From NCBI GenBank assembly GCA_963733675.1, contig CAVTET010000004.1:384001-448000 (forward strand): DNA of 64,000 bases. The letters are read 5' to 3'. The translations under genes and the position numbers were made by a program. The notes beneath the pieces are model-generated. The model did no database searches. It was not told the DNA's origin and saw only the letters and a program-made list of their open reading frames with translations. The DNA comes from an uncultured Methanosarcinaceae archaeon (GTDB lineage Archaea > Halobacteriota > Methanosarcinia > Methanosarcinales > Methanosarcinaceae). Shown in pieces: positions 32,690 through 44,352 of the stretch. Each line of letters begins with the position of its first letter. Position 1 is the first letter of the stretch.

Positions 32690-33670
32690 CTCCCGAGATA
32701 TTCTTTTTCTGCTATTTTCATTTTTAAATCATAACTTTTGATTTTGCTCCAAAGTATCCCCTGTCCCTGTAAATCACTTAATTTTTTCAAATAAATCTAC
32801 CTGAGAAGCATAAAATGATGAGGTTGTTGTTTTGAATGTTCTGATCAGCTCATAATCTCTATCTGTGATGTTATGAAGTTTATATATAAAGTATGACGTA
32901 CTATAATTTTCCCTAAATTTATCCTCTGCTTCTCCCTGTTTTTACTTAATTTTCTCGAGCTCTATCCCTTTTGTATTTCAAAGATCTGAATGAATAAAAG
33001 TATCATTCTGAATCATCACCTGTTTTATTTTCAAAAACGCAATCAAGCTAGCTTTATAACTGTCACCACATTTTTTCTTCTTTTCAGTTATCAACAATTC
33101 TTTTTCTGAACAACCAGACTGTGGTACTATCTAACATTTGCTCAGGAAAACCAGGAAATTTTTGAAAGAAATTTGATTTAATATATTGTTTCTCAAATTC
33201 AAAGTTTGAAAAATCATGCCATTGCTATAAAAAAAGCATTTTTAACATAACGATTATTTAAGCTTCAGATCTACCTAAGGGAGCTCTTTTGTTGAAATAT
33301 ATGAACTCAAAAATGATACGAAAAGATTTCCAATCAATTAAGGAACAGATTTCAGCAAATTTGTCTCCAACTGACTGAAGAAGCTTGCATTCATTTTTCA
33401 GAGCAAGATCATTAAAATTGTTCATTAATATAAATTATGTTTAAGAGATTACAACTTTTTAATACTTAAATACTTAGGAGGTTATCGAAATTCCCTAAGG
33501 ATTGAGGTTTCAGCAAATTTGCTTCCAACTGAATGAAGACGTTTTTATTCATCTTTAAAAGCAAAATAGTTAAGAGTTTTCATGAGTAAAAATTAATGTT
33601 GAGAGACTTAAACTCCAAATAGTCGAATGCATAGAAGTTTATTAAAATTCTCTATAGAGGATTTTAATAA
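32690..33670 (-). mobile_element. IS5-family transposase pseudogene with a duplicated 5' end
   Basis: Minus strand reads LQSVGDKFAEI..LIDWK..KML...QWH...KFPGFPE..DSTTVWLFRKRI with many stops; 33348-33503 and 33505-33663 are imperfect ~157-bp direct repeats of the element start. Confidence 0.8.
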
Positions 33671-34161
33671 ATTCCAATTTTGGGCTGGTTATATATAAAG
33701 AATGTTTCAGCAATTTTTGAAATCGGAGGTTTAGCAAAATTAGCTATATTTTTCATAGAGTACTTAAGGTACAGGAAGTTGCGAAGACACTTTAAAATTC
33801 ATATCTTATGTTCCTTCTATGATGGTACTTTCCTTTATTCTCAGATCGGTTTGACCATCTAGATTTATTAGATATATCGCTACATTATGGATAGCATGTT
33901 TTGTACATAATGTTATCATGGGGAAATCTGCTAGATATGTACTCTTCCCACTAAATTTATATTGGCTATGATTGTAGCAGGCTGTCTTACCAAGCTTTGC
34001 TTACAAATTGCGATATCTCCTTCTGTTAGATAAATGATTATATTTTAAAATTCTCTAATTATTTAGACAATAGTTATCTTAACCTAAATATTTATATATC
34101 AGAAATTCCTTTAATTCATCTACATGGATGCAGAGCATCATACTAAAAATATATAAAAAAT

Positions 34162-34233
34162 GCCAAGATGGCGGAGTGGCTACGCAATCGCCTGCAGAGC
34201 GATTTTATTCCGGTTCGAATCCGGATCTTGGCT
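34162..34233 (+). tRNA. tRNA-Cys(GCA)
   Basis: GCCAAGA/TCTTGGC acceptor stem, anticodon arm ATCGC-CTGCAGA-GCGAT, T arm CCGG-TTCGAAT-CCGG; no encoded CCA. Confidence 0.96.
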
Positions 34234-34318
34234 TTTCCGTTAGAGAATTAATTAATCTAATTTTAAATAAATTGGTGAATCAAATTTAAATATATCTTAA
34301 TAAGGCTTTCAATAAATC

Positions 34319-34393
34319 TACAAAATGGCTCAGTAATCTAGTAGTTGCATCTACAGAGCGATTGCATTTTTTTTCAAATTAGTACGTTGGCTT
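34319..34393 (+). pseudogene. Degenerate tRNA-Cys duplicate
   Basis: Colinear matches CAAAATGGC, CTACAGAGCGATT, TTCAAAT, TTGGCT to the upstream tRNA; stems broken. Confidence 0.6.
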
Positions 34394-35384
34394 CTTAATC
34401 TTTTCCCCATAACTTTTTAATTAACTTGCTTTTTTCAGATTATCTTTTTTCTCAGTCCACTTGATCGCAGAGAATGATCTGCGTGCTCTGATATACATTT
34501 TTGAATGGTTTAGCCTTTGTGATATAATCCAGAACTCAGCTATTATACTGCAAATATTAATCATCAAGCATGGATATCGATGAACTCATGCGAAGACTCG
34601 CCAAACTCTTCCATTAATATTATATCAATTGTTTTGAGGATCCCTTTTTAGTACTTATTTCAATAATGATCTCCCAAAGGACCTTAAATGGTGTAACCTA
34701 TTCTCAAACATGGAAACTTTTCAGAAATTATCAACGTCAAAGGATATTGTGTAAGGAGATGTTGACGAGATTGGAATTTTTATATATAATTTTAACCTTT
34801 ACATAGTAAAACTAGGGTGAATAAAGGGAATTTCCAGAATTTTTTTGCAGAAATACAACAGCAAGGTTCCTGATAGATTAAATATATGCTTAAACTTCAG
34901 GGAAGCAGTCAGGATGTAGTTAAATATATGCGTTTAGCCATATTTTTTTCTTAGAGATGCCTTTGTAGTAGCAGTTCATGCTCAATGGATTTCCAACGGG
35001 CTCGGTCCGGTAGAAACAAAGGTTCCTTAGAAAACTGAAACCGAACAAAAGATATATACCCCAAAAATACTTGGGAAATAAAGATCTCTTGCCTGTAAAA
35101 TTAGGGCAAAATATCTGCTGGCCCATTATTCCCAGGTTCTGAGCCTGCTTCCAGAATGACAAATATACTAAAATTCCTGTTTGAGAAGAAATTTGGGTAA
35201 TCTCGGTAATTTCGGAATCGAAGTCTAGGGCTTATTATACATGGATCAAGAATATTTCATAAAGGAATTAAGGGAGACCTTCAAGGCACAATATTTCCGA
35301 ATCTCGTCAGTTCCTAACCTATTTCTACAAATCAAAGCAAATTTAAAAAAATTATTAAAAATAATGGAATCCTTGATTATTCCG

Positions 35385-35725
35385 GTCAAATATTCAGAAG
35401 CTTGCTGCGGATCTGGAAAATTCCCAGAAAACTGCCATTAAAGAAATGATTTATATTTTAAGCAACTTTTGAGCTATGAAATAGAACTACGTTATGAAAT
35501 CGTTTTATCGATAAAATAAGGTATAAAATTGATTTTTTTGCATGAAGATCAAAAAATTTCATTTAGACAATGCTAACATCCACTATTTGAAGCATATGTG
35601 CTTTGAAATTGTTAAAAGATGCTATTTTGAGTTTGATTCAATCAATAATGATTGCAATTATGTACATCTTTTCATTGGTCGTTAACCAAAATATTCTCCT
35701 TCAAGAATAATGCAGATCATAGAGG
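35385..35725 (+). mobile_element. IS200-family TnpA remnant
   Basis: Reads CFEIVKRCYFEFD...NYVHLFIG..PKYSPSRIMQII (degenerate HUH region); GAAGCTTGCTGCGG upstream. Confidence 0.65.
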
Positions 35726-36461
35726 ATTTAGAGAAATTTCTGATTTTCACGAGTCATATTACATACTATTTACAAGAATATGACGAAATTAAGGAGTTTA
35801 GAGAAATCCTCTGTGGAATTGCAGAATACATAACTACAACCTGAAATTTTAGTACCATAGTATAAATCTATGAATGCTTTTGATGCTTACTTTACTATCT
35901 TACCAGAATAAATTCAAACAAATGTATAAGATTTCAATTATTGGAGCATATGTATACTAATATTACTATAATCCACTGAAAAAAATCGGTGCTTTAGAAA
36001 TTTGGCTTGGCCATGAGTTACTGAAAATTTTAAGCAAAGAACTATTTACATTTTCCTCAAAAGCAAGAAATGTTTCCTTCTTAGTAGAATAATCCACAAC
36101 TCATGAAAACTAACCAAAGATGGTAATGTGGGAATTCTCAAATGGTCTGCATATGGGTGAAAATAGTTTTGTGAAGCATGCAAAAATAAGTTCAACTTGA
36201 CAGTGTCAAGTTAAGATTGAGACTTATTACATATCCTCCTGTATCGCAAAAACTCATCATTATTTCCAGGATTCTGCGATTGCAATAATCCAAGACTCAA
36301 GAAATTATAAAAAGCTCTTGTGAGCATGTTAAGATCGGAAGAAATATATTTTGCTGGAACTTGTAAGAAACATTATTTGCTTTATTTGGTCTAAGGAATA
36401 TAAAAAAAGCAATCGCTTTTTCTTTAACTCTCAAGTCAGGTTAATACTGGATTGTGCTTTC

Positions 36462-37499
36462 ATGAAAAAATATACCAAATGGTTAACAAGATCAATTTTG
36501 ATTAGTATATTTTCTATAGCAGTCGTTCTAATCTTCACTCTGGATACGAATACAATTAAAGTTGTGAGGGAGATTCGACCTGGATATATATTAGCTGCGC
36601 TTGTGATTCACTTATTTTCCTTCGTTGTCTGGGGTTTACGCATAAAATCAATGACTTCTGCACTCGGACATAAAGTAGGACTCATCAGATCTTTTGAAAT
36701 TGTAGTTTCAGGAACCTTCGTAGCAGCTCTGACTCCTTCTTCTATAGGCGGGGAACCTTTAAGGATTCACCTACTCAGGCAAGATCATGTACCAATTGGA
36801 AAGGCAACTGCAGTTATTTTGGGTGAACGCATACTTGATGCTATATTAATGTTGTTGGTTGCGCCTTTTTCTATATACCTATTCAATGGTATATTGTCAG
36901 ATCCACGCATGAATGTAGTTGTAGTATTAGGTGGACTTATTTCAATAATTAGTCTTATCATAATGTTTTATGCGTTACTAAGACCTCGTTATGTTAAATT
37001 TGCCATAAACAATCTTGTAGCGTGGATTATTAAGCGTTTTAGTGGTAAAAAAATCGGGGGACAACTATATAGATTCTCTAAGTCAATTGATAAGGAAATT
37101 GATGAATTTCACGAAAGTATATACATTTTCTGTACAGAAGGACGTGTAGGTTTATTCTATGGAATAATATATACAATTATATATTGGATAGTTGATTTTT
37201 CTTCTCTCCCAATAATTCTTCTTGGCCTAAACCAGCCTCCTTCCATACTACTTTGTATTGCAGCGCAGGTATTGCTCCTTATAATTATAATTGTACCTTT
37301 GACTCCGGGTTCAAGTGGAGTAGCGGAATTTGCCGCAATTTCTATATTTTCAGCCTTTATGCCAGTAAGTATTCTCGGAATTGCAGTGGCAGCATGGAGA
37401 GCTTTTACTTATTATACAAATATTTTAGTAGGAGGATTCGTGAGTTTTAAGTTACTGAAAAATACGGAGCTTGTACATAAGTATTTAAAGCGATCTTGA
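36462..37499 (+). CDS. Lysylphosphatidylglycerol synthase TM / flippase-like membrane protein (UPF0104)
   Basis: LTPSSIGGEPLR, ERILD, PLTPGSSGVAE, WRAFTYY; start placed at ATG 36462. Confidence 0.88.
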   Translation: MKKYTKWLTRSILISIFSIAVVLIFTLDTNTIKVVREIRPGYILAALVIHLFSFVVWGLRIKSMTSALGHKVGLIRSFEIVVSGTFVAALTPSSIGGEPLRIHLLRQDHVPIGKATAVILGERILDAILMLLVAPFSIYLFNGILSDPRMNVVVVLGGLISIISLIIMFYALLRPRYVKFAINNLVAWIIKRFSGKKIGGQLYRFSKSIDKEIDEFHESIYIFCTEGRVGLFYGIIYTIIYWIVDFSSLPIILLGLNQPPSILLCIAAQVLLLIIIIVPLTPGSSGVAEFAAISIFSAFMPVSILGIAVAAWRAFTYYTNILVGGFVSFKLLKNTELVHKYLKRS

Positions 37500-38402
37500 G
37501 CAATCCTTAAATGATCTTTAAAGGATGACATCAGTGGTTTGAAGGAAGAAGAGATTCTCATATTAGTTACAGTTCTTATGCATAGATACTGCTATTTTTA
37601 TGTAATACCTATACAGTTTCTAGTAAAAGGTGGAGTATTTGGCTGAAATGAATATTTGTCCCAGTGTGCCGATCTATAAAAAATATAATAAATTTTATAA
37701 TTTTAATCCAGAAAAGCGATCTTTTTTTGGGATACACAAATGGTTCAGACCAAATCTATAATTTACTTCCAATAACCTGAGACAAATGATTTTCCGCTTT
37801 TAATGATTATTATGACTACAATGATACCTTCCGCGTTTTTAGTTGCGCTAATAGTTATAGTTATCTTTAGTTTTGATTTGAGACATTTGTTCATATTTTC
37901 TAGAATCACAACAATTCATCACTGTTTCCGTTTTCTGCAACTGAAATAAATGAAAAATCCTAAAAATAATAAATCATATTTAATTTTAAAAAGGGATTTT
38001 TCTTGAGGAAGCCCTTTACATTGACGATATTGCAATTCATTTAGAATGTACTTATTATAGCAACAAGATGTGGCACTTTAAGTAAGTATTCTTGTATGAT
38101 AATACTATTTGTTATGAAATGATTCAGAAAAGTTTAGTTTGATAAAACCATTTCTTCCTTAACAGAGGAAAAATCTATTCTACGACTTTTTTGATGAAAA
38201 TGGCCAGATAAAACTTTCTCAGTTGGAAATCTTCATCATTTTGTGAAAAACAGGCTCTAAGAAAAAGGAAATAAATTATATGATTACGAAATAAGATAAT
38301 TAGCTCAAAAAAGCTCCAAGGGAACAAGTTTTTTCCGTAACTAAAAAGATTCAAACCAAGAAAAGTTCTTGCTATTATTGTTCAAATAATGAATTTGAAG
38401 AT

Positions 38403-38607
38403 GTTGTGTACGCTTTTTGTATAATCTCCATCGTTGATTACATTTAAAATAAAAGAGTATTATTAAGTATAGTGGAAGATATCTTTAAAATCAAAGAATA
38501 ATGAACAAGAAAAGAAAAAATAGGATTAAATACAGAAATTAGCGAGGAAGATTTGGACAGAATTCCTGCGAAGGAAAAAACCAAAGGTAAATCCGAATCC
38601 TCTATAT
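38403..38607 (+). repeat. ~200-bp dispersed repeat, copy A (copy B at 62992-63191)
   Basis: Shared blocks AAGATATCTTTA, AAATTAG(C/T)GAG, GATTTGGACA, GGTAAATC(C/G)GAATCCTCT. Confidence 0.75.
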
Positions 38608-39243
38608 GACGCCTTCTAAGCAGAGTCCTCATCCTATTTAACCAGAATCAAGGGAAAACTTTAAGCTTCAAAAATAAGAAGGTAGTATAATATATCATAA
38701 ATATATCATAAGATCTGAGTGCTGAAAATAGTGATTATGAGGCTCGAAAAGTAACATGTATGCATATAGTACAACTCCCACTAAGGCTTTGCAATGTATT
38801 GTATTAAACAAGTAGATCAATATAACAGGTTGTGAGAAAAAAACTACGTTAATTTTTTTGTAAAATTACAAATCTCAATAAATTATCGCGCAGAAAATTT
38901 ATTATCAAAGGAATCAAATTTTATAAAGTATGCAAAAATTTGATCCCAAATTTACAGTAAATTCGAGGTACTGTAAATAAATGCATTAATGAATGCATTA
39001 TTTTTCCGAAAAGAAACGTTTTAAATTTTTATAAGTTAGTTTATTCTATATTTTTTAATTAAGAAATAACTTAAATAATGCTTTTAACCATTGAGAGTAT
39101 TCACAATCCACTGGAAAAACAGCAAACTGAAACCTTAGTCTTTTGTTGTAATTAATGGAAAAAAACTTTATGGCCTTTAAACTCGTGGAAGCATTTTCCA
39201 CGGTGTATCTCATAAATAAGATAAAAACAAGAGGATGATATTC

Positions 39244-40140
39244 ATGGATTTTGAAAAATTAAGACATGGGACAGAACTTATCAAGCGGGGCTTTGCAAGG
39301 ATGCAGAAAGGGGGTGTGATCATGGATGTAACAACCCTTGAACAAGCCAAAATCGCAGAAGAAGCTGGGGCAGTTGCTGTTATGGCCCTTCAGGCTGTTC
39401 CTGCGGATATCAGGAAAGCTGGCGGAGTCGCCCGAATGGCAAATCCTGAGATAATTCAACAAATCATTGATACTGTTACCATCCCTGTAATGGCAAAAGC
39501 CAGAATAGGTCATTTTGTAGAAGCTGAAATCCTGGAGGCACTTGGTGTTGACATGGTAGACGAATCCGAAGTACTAACCCCAGCAGATACCTCCTTCCAT
39601 ATAGACAAGACACAGTTTACAGTGCCTTTTGTCTGCGGAGCTAGAAACCTCGGGGAAGCCCTCCGAAGAATTAATGAAGGTGCAGCCATGATCCGGACCA
39701 AGGGAGAAGCCGGAACAGGTGATGTCAGTCAAGCAGTGAAGCACATGAAACAGATAATGGGCGAAATCCGTGCACTTTCTGGTAAAACAAGGGAAGAATT
39801 GATTTTGGTTGCCAGGGAGATTGAGGCTCCGATAGAACTCGTGATCGAAACCGCAAAAATGCAGCGCTTGTCTGTGGTTAATTTTGCAGCTGGTGGAATT
39901 GCAACCCCTGCAGATGCAGCTCTTATGATGTGCCTTGGAGCTGATGGAGTCTTTGTGGGTTCAGGCATTTTCAAAGCCGAAAATCCTGAAAAGATGGCAA
40001 AAGCAATTGTTGAAGGCGTAAATAACTATGATAACCCTACAAAACTTGCTGAGATATCAAAAGGTATTGGTTCCGGAATGAAGGGCATCAGCGCTGATAT
40101 GATCCCCATAGAAGAAGCTCTTCAGGAACGAGGTTGGTGA
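39244..40140 (+). CDS. pdxS: Pyridoxal 5'-phosphate synthase lyase subunit
   Basis: [44 protein letters not shown]. Confidence 0.98.
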   Translation: MDFEKLRHGTELIKRGFARMQKGGVIMDVTTLEQAKIAEEAGAVAVMALQAVPADIRKAGGVARMANPEIIQQIIDTVTIPVMAKARIGHFVEAEILEALGVDMVDESEVLTPADTSFHIDKTQFTVPFVCGARNLGEALRRINEGAAMIRTKGEAGTGDVSQAVKHMKQIMGEIRALSGKTREELILVAREIEAPIELVIETAKMQRLSVVNFAAGGIATPADAALMMCLGADGVFVGSGIFKAENPEKMAKAIVEGVNNYDNPTKLAEISKGIGSGMKGISADMIPIEEALQERGW

Positions 40141-40269
40141 AAATTTTGAATTGCTTTTCGATAGGTACTTTTTCCCTTTTCGTTTCACTCAAAAGGACTA
40201 AAAATTTAAATCTATGCAAATACATCTTTCTTACAAGCCTGTGAGAATAAATTGATTTGACTTTTTAAA

Positions 40270-40420
40270 TATCTACTCCATCAAAAATCGTTTGGAAAAA
40301 TCGATTTTGGTGCAATAGATACTCCTGAGTTTCAACTGATTGAAAAATGCGAAATATAATCAATAGCCTAAAGTTAAATAAAATCAGCCCACCGAAATTT
40401 GCTCATTGAATCGTAGTGAA
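40270..40420 (+). repeat. ~150-bp intergenic repeat family, copy 1 (others ~45752-45905 and ~51250-51375)
   Basis: Shared ATCGATTTTG..ATAGATA and AAAATCAGC(C/T)CAC(C/T)GAAA.TTGC..ATTGA blocks. Confidence 0.6.
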
Positions 40421-40521
40421 TATAGTTAATTATATTGTTTTTCCCGGATTAACTGTACTTAATTTTTCAGAATTTTAAATCCAACAAATAAAAAGTTAAT
40501 TTTTAGAAAATGGTGCTTCTC

Positions 40522-41145
40522 ATGAAGATAGGTGTAATCGCTATCCAAGGAGCGGTTTCTGAGCATATTGATGCTTTAAAGAGAGCCCTTGTGCAAAGAG
40601 GGAGAGCTGCAGAGATAATTAAAATAAAGCATAAGGGTATTGTCCCTGAATGTAATGGGATTGTGATTCCCGGTGGGGAGAGTACAACTCTTTGTAGGCT
40701 ACTGGCCCGCGAGGGAATTGCTGAAGAGATAAAGGACGTGGCTGCGAGGGGAGTTCCAGTTCTTGGTACCTGTGCAGGGTTGATTCTGCTCGCAAAAGAA
40801 GGAGACGAACAGGTGGAAAAGACTAGCCAGGAATTGCTCGGGATTATGGATATTAAAGTCAACCGGAATGCTTTTGGGAGGCAGAGGGATTCTTTTGAAA
40901 CGGAACTTAAAGTTGAAATTCTCGATTCTCCTTTTAAAGGCGTATTTATCAGAGCTCCTGGAATAGTTAACTGTGGGCCTGGAGTAAGTGTGTTTTCACA
41001 TCTCGACGATCTGATAATTATGGCAGAACAGAAAAATGTATTGGCTCTTGCATTTCATCCGGAATTAACCGATGACCTACGAATCCATCAGTATTTCCTG
41101 GATAAAATATTCAACTGCTGGTATTCGTATAGGCTTCAGAATTAA
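40522..41145 (+). CDS. pdxT: PLP synthase glutaminase subunit
   Basis: IPGGEST, GTCAGLI, RNAFGRQRDSF, FIRAP, FHPEL. Confidence 0.97.
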   Translation: MKIGVIAIQGAVSEHIDALKRALVQRGRAAEIIKIKHKGIVPECNGIVIPGGESTTLCRLLAREGIAEEIKDVAARGVPVLGTCAGLILLAKEGDEQVEKTSQELLGIMDIKVNRNAFGRQRDSFETELKVEILDSPFKGVFIRAPGIVNCGPGVSVFSHLDDLIIMAEQKNVLALAFHPELTDDLRIHQYFLDKIFNCWYSYRLQN

Positions 41146-41630
41146 TTATTCAATACCCTGTAGAATGCTGCGTAGATAGGAACTCCCCCTAAAAATTTTG
41201 TTAACCAACTGATATATATTTTAAGCTACCTTTGCACTTAATGGAATTGCTTCATGCAAAACTATTGTGTATATAAAATTATAAGGATTTCAATAAAATT
41301 TTTAGTTATCCCATATGCTTATAAATGTTGTATCTATGATCCATAGAAATCAGAGGTTATCTAAATTCCCCAAAATATTTGATTTTGAATAATTCCTTTA
41401 TATCCAGAGCTTTGGTGTGAACATAACCAATCGCCTGCAAAGGGGTGAGAAACTGAAAGTTTGATTTTTTCCCTCCAGTTATTAATCAGAAGTATCTATT
41501 AAATTAAAATAGAGATTTTCCAATGAATAGTACTGGATGAATAAAGGGTACGAAATAAACAAATAAACAACATAAAAAAAATGTTGTTGAATAAAAGCTG
41601 AAGATTGAGGGACAAGAAAGTGATTCTTAT

Positions 41631-42368
41631 TCATGAACATGTCCAGGTCACATAAGCTTCAATTATTTCCTGCCCTTCGAGGAATATAAGTCCATTATCT
41701 TTGCCATATTCTTTTGCCTTTTCTTTGGAAAGGGCCTTACCATTGTTGTCATCCAGCATCTCGCAAACCACCATTGCGGGAGTAATTCCAGCCATACGAG
41801 CAAGAGCGATTGAAAGTTCGGTTTGCCCGTTACGTTCATTCAAGAGTCCCTCAGCAGCTTTCAGAAGTGCTACATGCCCTGGGGTTCTGAAATAGTCCCC
41901 AAAATGAGTCCGGTCTCCAGAAACGTTTTTTTCTGTAATTTCTCCGATTTTTCGGATCGTAAGAGCCCTTTCATCATCAGGAATCCCAGTTCTGGTATCT
42001 CTATGGTTGACCCAGAGAGAAAAAGAAGAACGAGAATCATAATCAAGGTCTCCTTTTTTTTCCACAACTTTTCCAAGAAAATCACTGGTTTTGCTGGCTT
42101 CGCTAATGAGGTCCGCCATGAACGGTAATTTTAACTGTTTTGCAACCAAAGGATCTATTGCAACACAGATAAGGCCACCAGCATCTTTTCGCATCCATTT
42201 CACGTCTTTGTAGGTTACCACTTTTGCAGGAATTACTAGATCTGTTTCGCCTTCCCTTGAGTCCGAATCATAAATCTGGATCATTTCCCCGGCACGTAGG
42301 GCATTTAGGGCCTTATTGATATTCTGATTTTTGTATTTAAGGCACTCATATACCATGTTTTCGCTCAT
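41631..42368 (-). CDS. ribB: 3,4-dihydroxy-2-butanone 4-phosphate synthase
   Basis: DSDSREGETD, GGLICVA, FRTPGHV, GQTE, VVCEML. Confidence 0.96.
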   Translation of the reverse strand: MSENMVYECLKYKNQNINKALNALRAGEMIQIYDSDSREGETDLVIPAKVVTYKDVKWMRKDAGGLICVAIDPLVAKQLKLPFMADLISEASKTSDFLGKVVEKKGDLDYDSRSSFSLWVNHRDTRTGIPDDERALTIRKIGEITEKNVSGDRTHFGDYFRTPGHVALLKAAEGLLNERNGQTELSIALARMAGITPAMVVCEMLDDNNGKALSKEKAKEYGKDNGLIFLEGQEIIEAYVTWTCS

Positions 42369-43042
42369 ATTTTGCTCTCCATACCCTCTTTTTTAATCTG
42401 TATCACAACGCTGTCTCCGTCTTTCAAGCTAAGAGTATCTCGTAATTTCACCGGTGCAATGATCTCAATCAAATCTGAAGGGTAATGTGTTCTTTCAGGA
42501 GCTACAACAGCAGCCTCGATACCCCTTACACTAACCGGATAACATCTTCCACCCCCAAAAGTGCGTTTTCCATCATGGAAGCCTTCTATCTGGACAGCCG
42601 GCAGTTCAAGTAATCGATTTAGCACAGTCAAACTATTTCCGGAAATTTTTATATTAAGAGTTCCAGGAAAAGGTGAGAAACACAATTTTTCTTCAAATTG
42701 CTTTCTGTATCCAGGTATATTTACATAATACTGGCCCTCGCCGAGTCCTGTGAGAATGTTTCCCTCAAGCTCCAAGCTATCGGATTCTGGAGAAAAGATA
42801 CTGTTGTACTCCCGACATTCATTCTTAAGAATTTCAATTCCTTTTCCTGTCAGCTTTATTAACTGGCCACCAGGAACGATCTTCCTCTCGATCAGCCCTT
42901 CTTCTTCCAACTGCTTTAGTTTTCTTGCTGCAGTTTTGGAACTTGCTACAGTGTGCTTTTGAAACTCACTCGAAGATACTTTAATTGTTTTATTTACTGC
43001 TCCTATAAGGGCAAGTTTTTTCAGATATTCGATATCATGCAC
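42365..43042 (-). CDS. ribK: HTH-fused CTP-dependent riboflavin kinase (RbkR type)
   Basis: N-terminal wHTH, GLGEGQYY, PFPGTLN, PERTHY, EIIAP; GTG start at 43042 assumed. Confidence 0.94.
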   Translation of the reverse strand: MHDIEYLKKLALIGAVNKTIKVSSSEFQKHTVASSKTAARKLKQLEEEGLIERKIVPGGQLIKLTGKGIEILKNECREYNSIFSPESDSLELEGNILTGLGEGQYYVNIPGYRKQFEEKLCFSPFPGTLNIKISGNSLTVLNRLLELPAVQIEGFHDGKRTFGGGRCYPVSVRGIEAAVVAPERTHYPSDLIEIIAPVKLRDTLSLKDGDSVVIQIKKEGMESKI

Positions 43043-43057
43043 TATCAGCACCCTACT

Positions 43058-43093
43058 AGTCTTAATTTTGAGATGCATCTCAATATTGAGATG
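43058..43093. promoter_or_regulatory. Tandem palindromic operators upstream of ribK-ribB (probable RbkR sites)
   Basis: Perfect 18-bp palindrome CATCTCAATATTGAGATG (43076-43093) abutting an imperfect copy AGTCTTAATTTTGAGATG. Confidence 0.75.
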
Positions 43094-43431
43094 TTAGATT
43101 ATGCATTTGCCTTTAATAAAACTTTTGATAATAAAATGAAACCGGATAGAACATCCCTTCATCAACTGCATAAAACTATATGCTGGAGAAATTCCTTCTA
43201 AAGATGGAAAGATTATTCTGGATACTGGAAATTTGGCATTGTCAAACTAATAACCAATCATTAAAGCCATTTCCTTTTAAATGCTCCTTGGTCTTCAGCA
43301 GATATTTTCAAACATATTAGAACAAAATAGATGTATTCAACTTTTGTTTTGTTCTTTTCGACAAGAGTAACATAAACAGTAAATCTTTCGTTTTTGTTAG
43401 TGATGCAAAGGAAAAGGTATGGTAAAAAGAG

Positions 43432-44285
43432 GGTTCCGTTGCAAAAAATTCAAAAAAATATGTAAATCTATAGGTAATGAATAAAAATCAGAATATTCAA
43501 AGAAAATGCACTAACATTATAAAACTATACCAAACAATTGATTAATGTATTTGACTTCACTAAGAACAGAGTAATTTAGATCATTTACTTGTCCTTTTTT
43601 GATCATATTCATAGCTTCAATTCCTTTTAAAGTCTTATTAGCAGATTGAAAAGACTGAAATCCTAACATTGGATTAACGATTCGCTTTATAAATCTATGA
43701 TCTTGTTCTATAATGTTATTCAAATACTTGATTTGTCGAATATCTACGTTTTTAGGTAGTATTTTATCATTTTTCAGTTTACATATAGCAAGTGGATAAG
43801 CTGGATTCTTATAAACAGTTATTACTCTTGGAATTTGATTATGATTAGAACTCAAAGCTTTCTTAAAAAATCTCTTCGCTGCATTTCGATTTCGTTTTGC
43901 ACTTAACATGAAATCAATTGTATCTCCATTTGAGTCAACTGCTCGGTAAAGATATTTCCATTTACCTTTTATTTTGATATAGGTTTCATCAACTTTCCAC
44001 GAATAGTTTGTTAGTCTTAAATGTCTTCTTATCTTCTTTTCTAGTTCAGGGGAATATTGATGTACCCATCTCATTATAGTACTGTGATCAACTTGAATTC
44101 CTCTTTCTATCATCATTTCCTTTAAATTTCTATAGCTCAATGGATATTTTAAGTACCATCTTACATTCAATAAAATAATTTCTCCTTCATAATGCTTCCA
44201 TTTAAAGGAATTAGATAGCATATTACTATCTTTGGTTTTCTTTTTATTCTATTGTATCATTAGAAAGGATTTTTGCAACGGAACC
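43432..44285 (-). mobile_element. IS6-family element copy 2 (full ORF 43517-44221, catalytic Asp>Tyr)
   Basis: Same TIRs; TVDK changed to TVYK. Confidence 0.95.
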
Positions 44286-44352
44286 TGATGTATTATACTA
44301 CGAAATATTTTTTAAATGTCAGAACAGTAACTCGTATATCTGCATTCAATAA

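Noticed and set aside
33348-33663. ~157-bp direct repeats as a CRISPR or ncRNA array
   Set aside because: They are duplicated 5' ends of an IS5-family element; there is no repeat-spacer pattern or cas gene in the window
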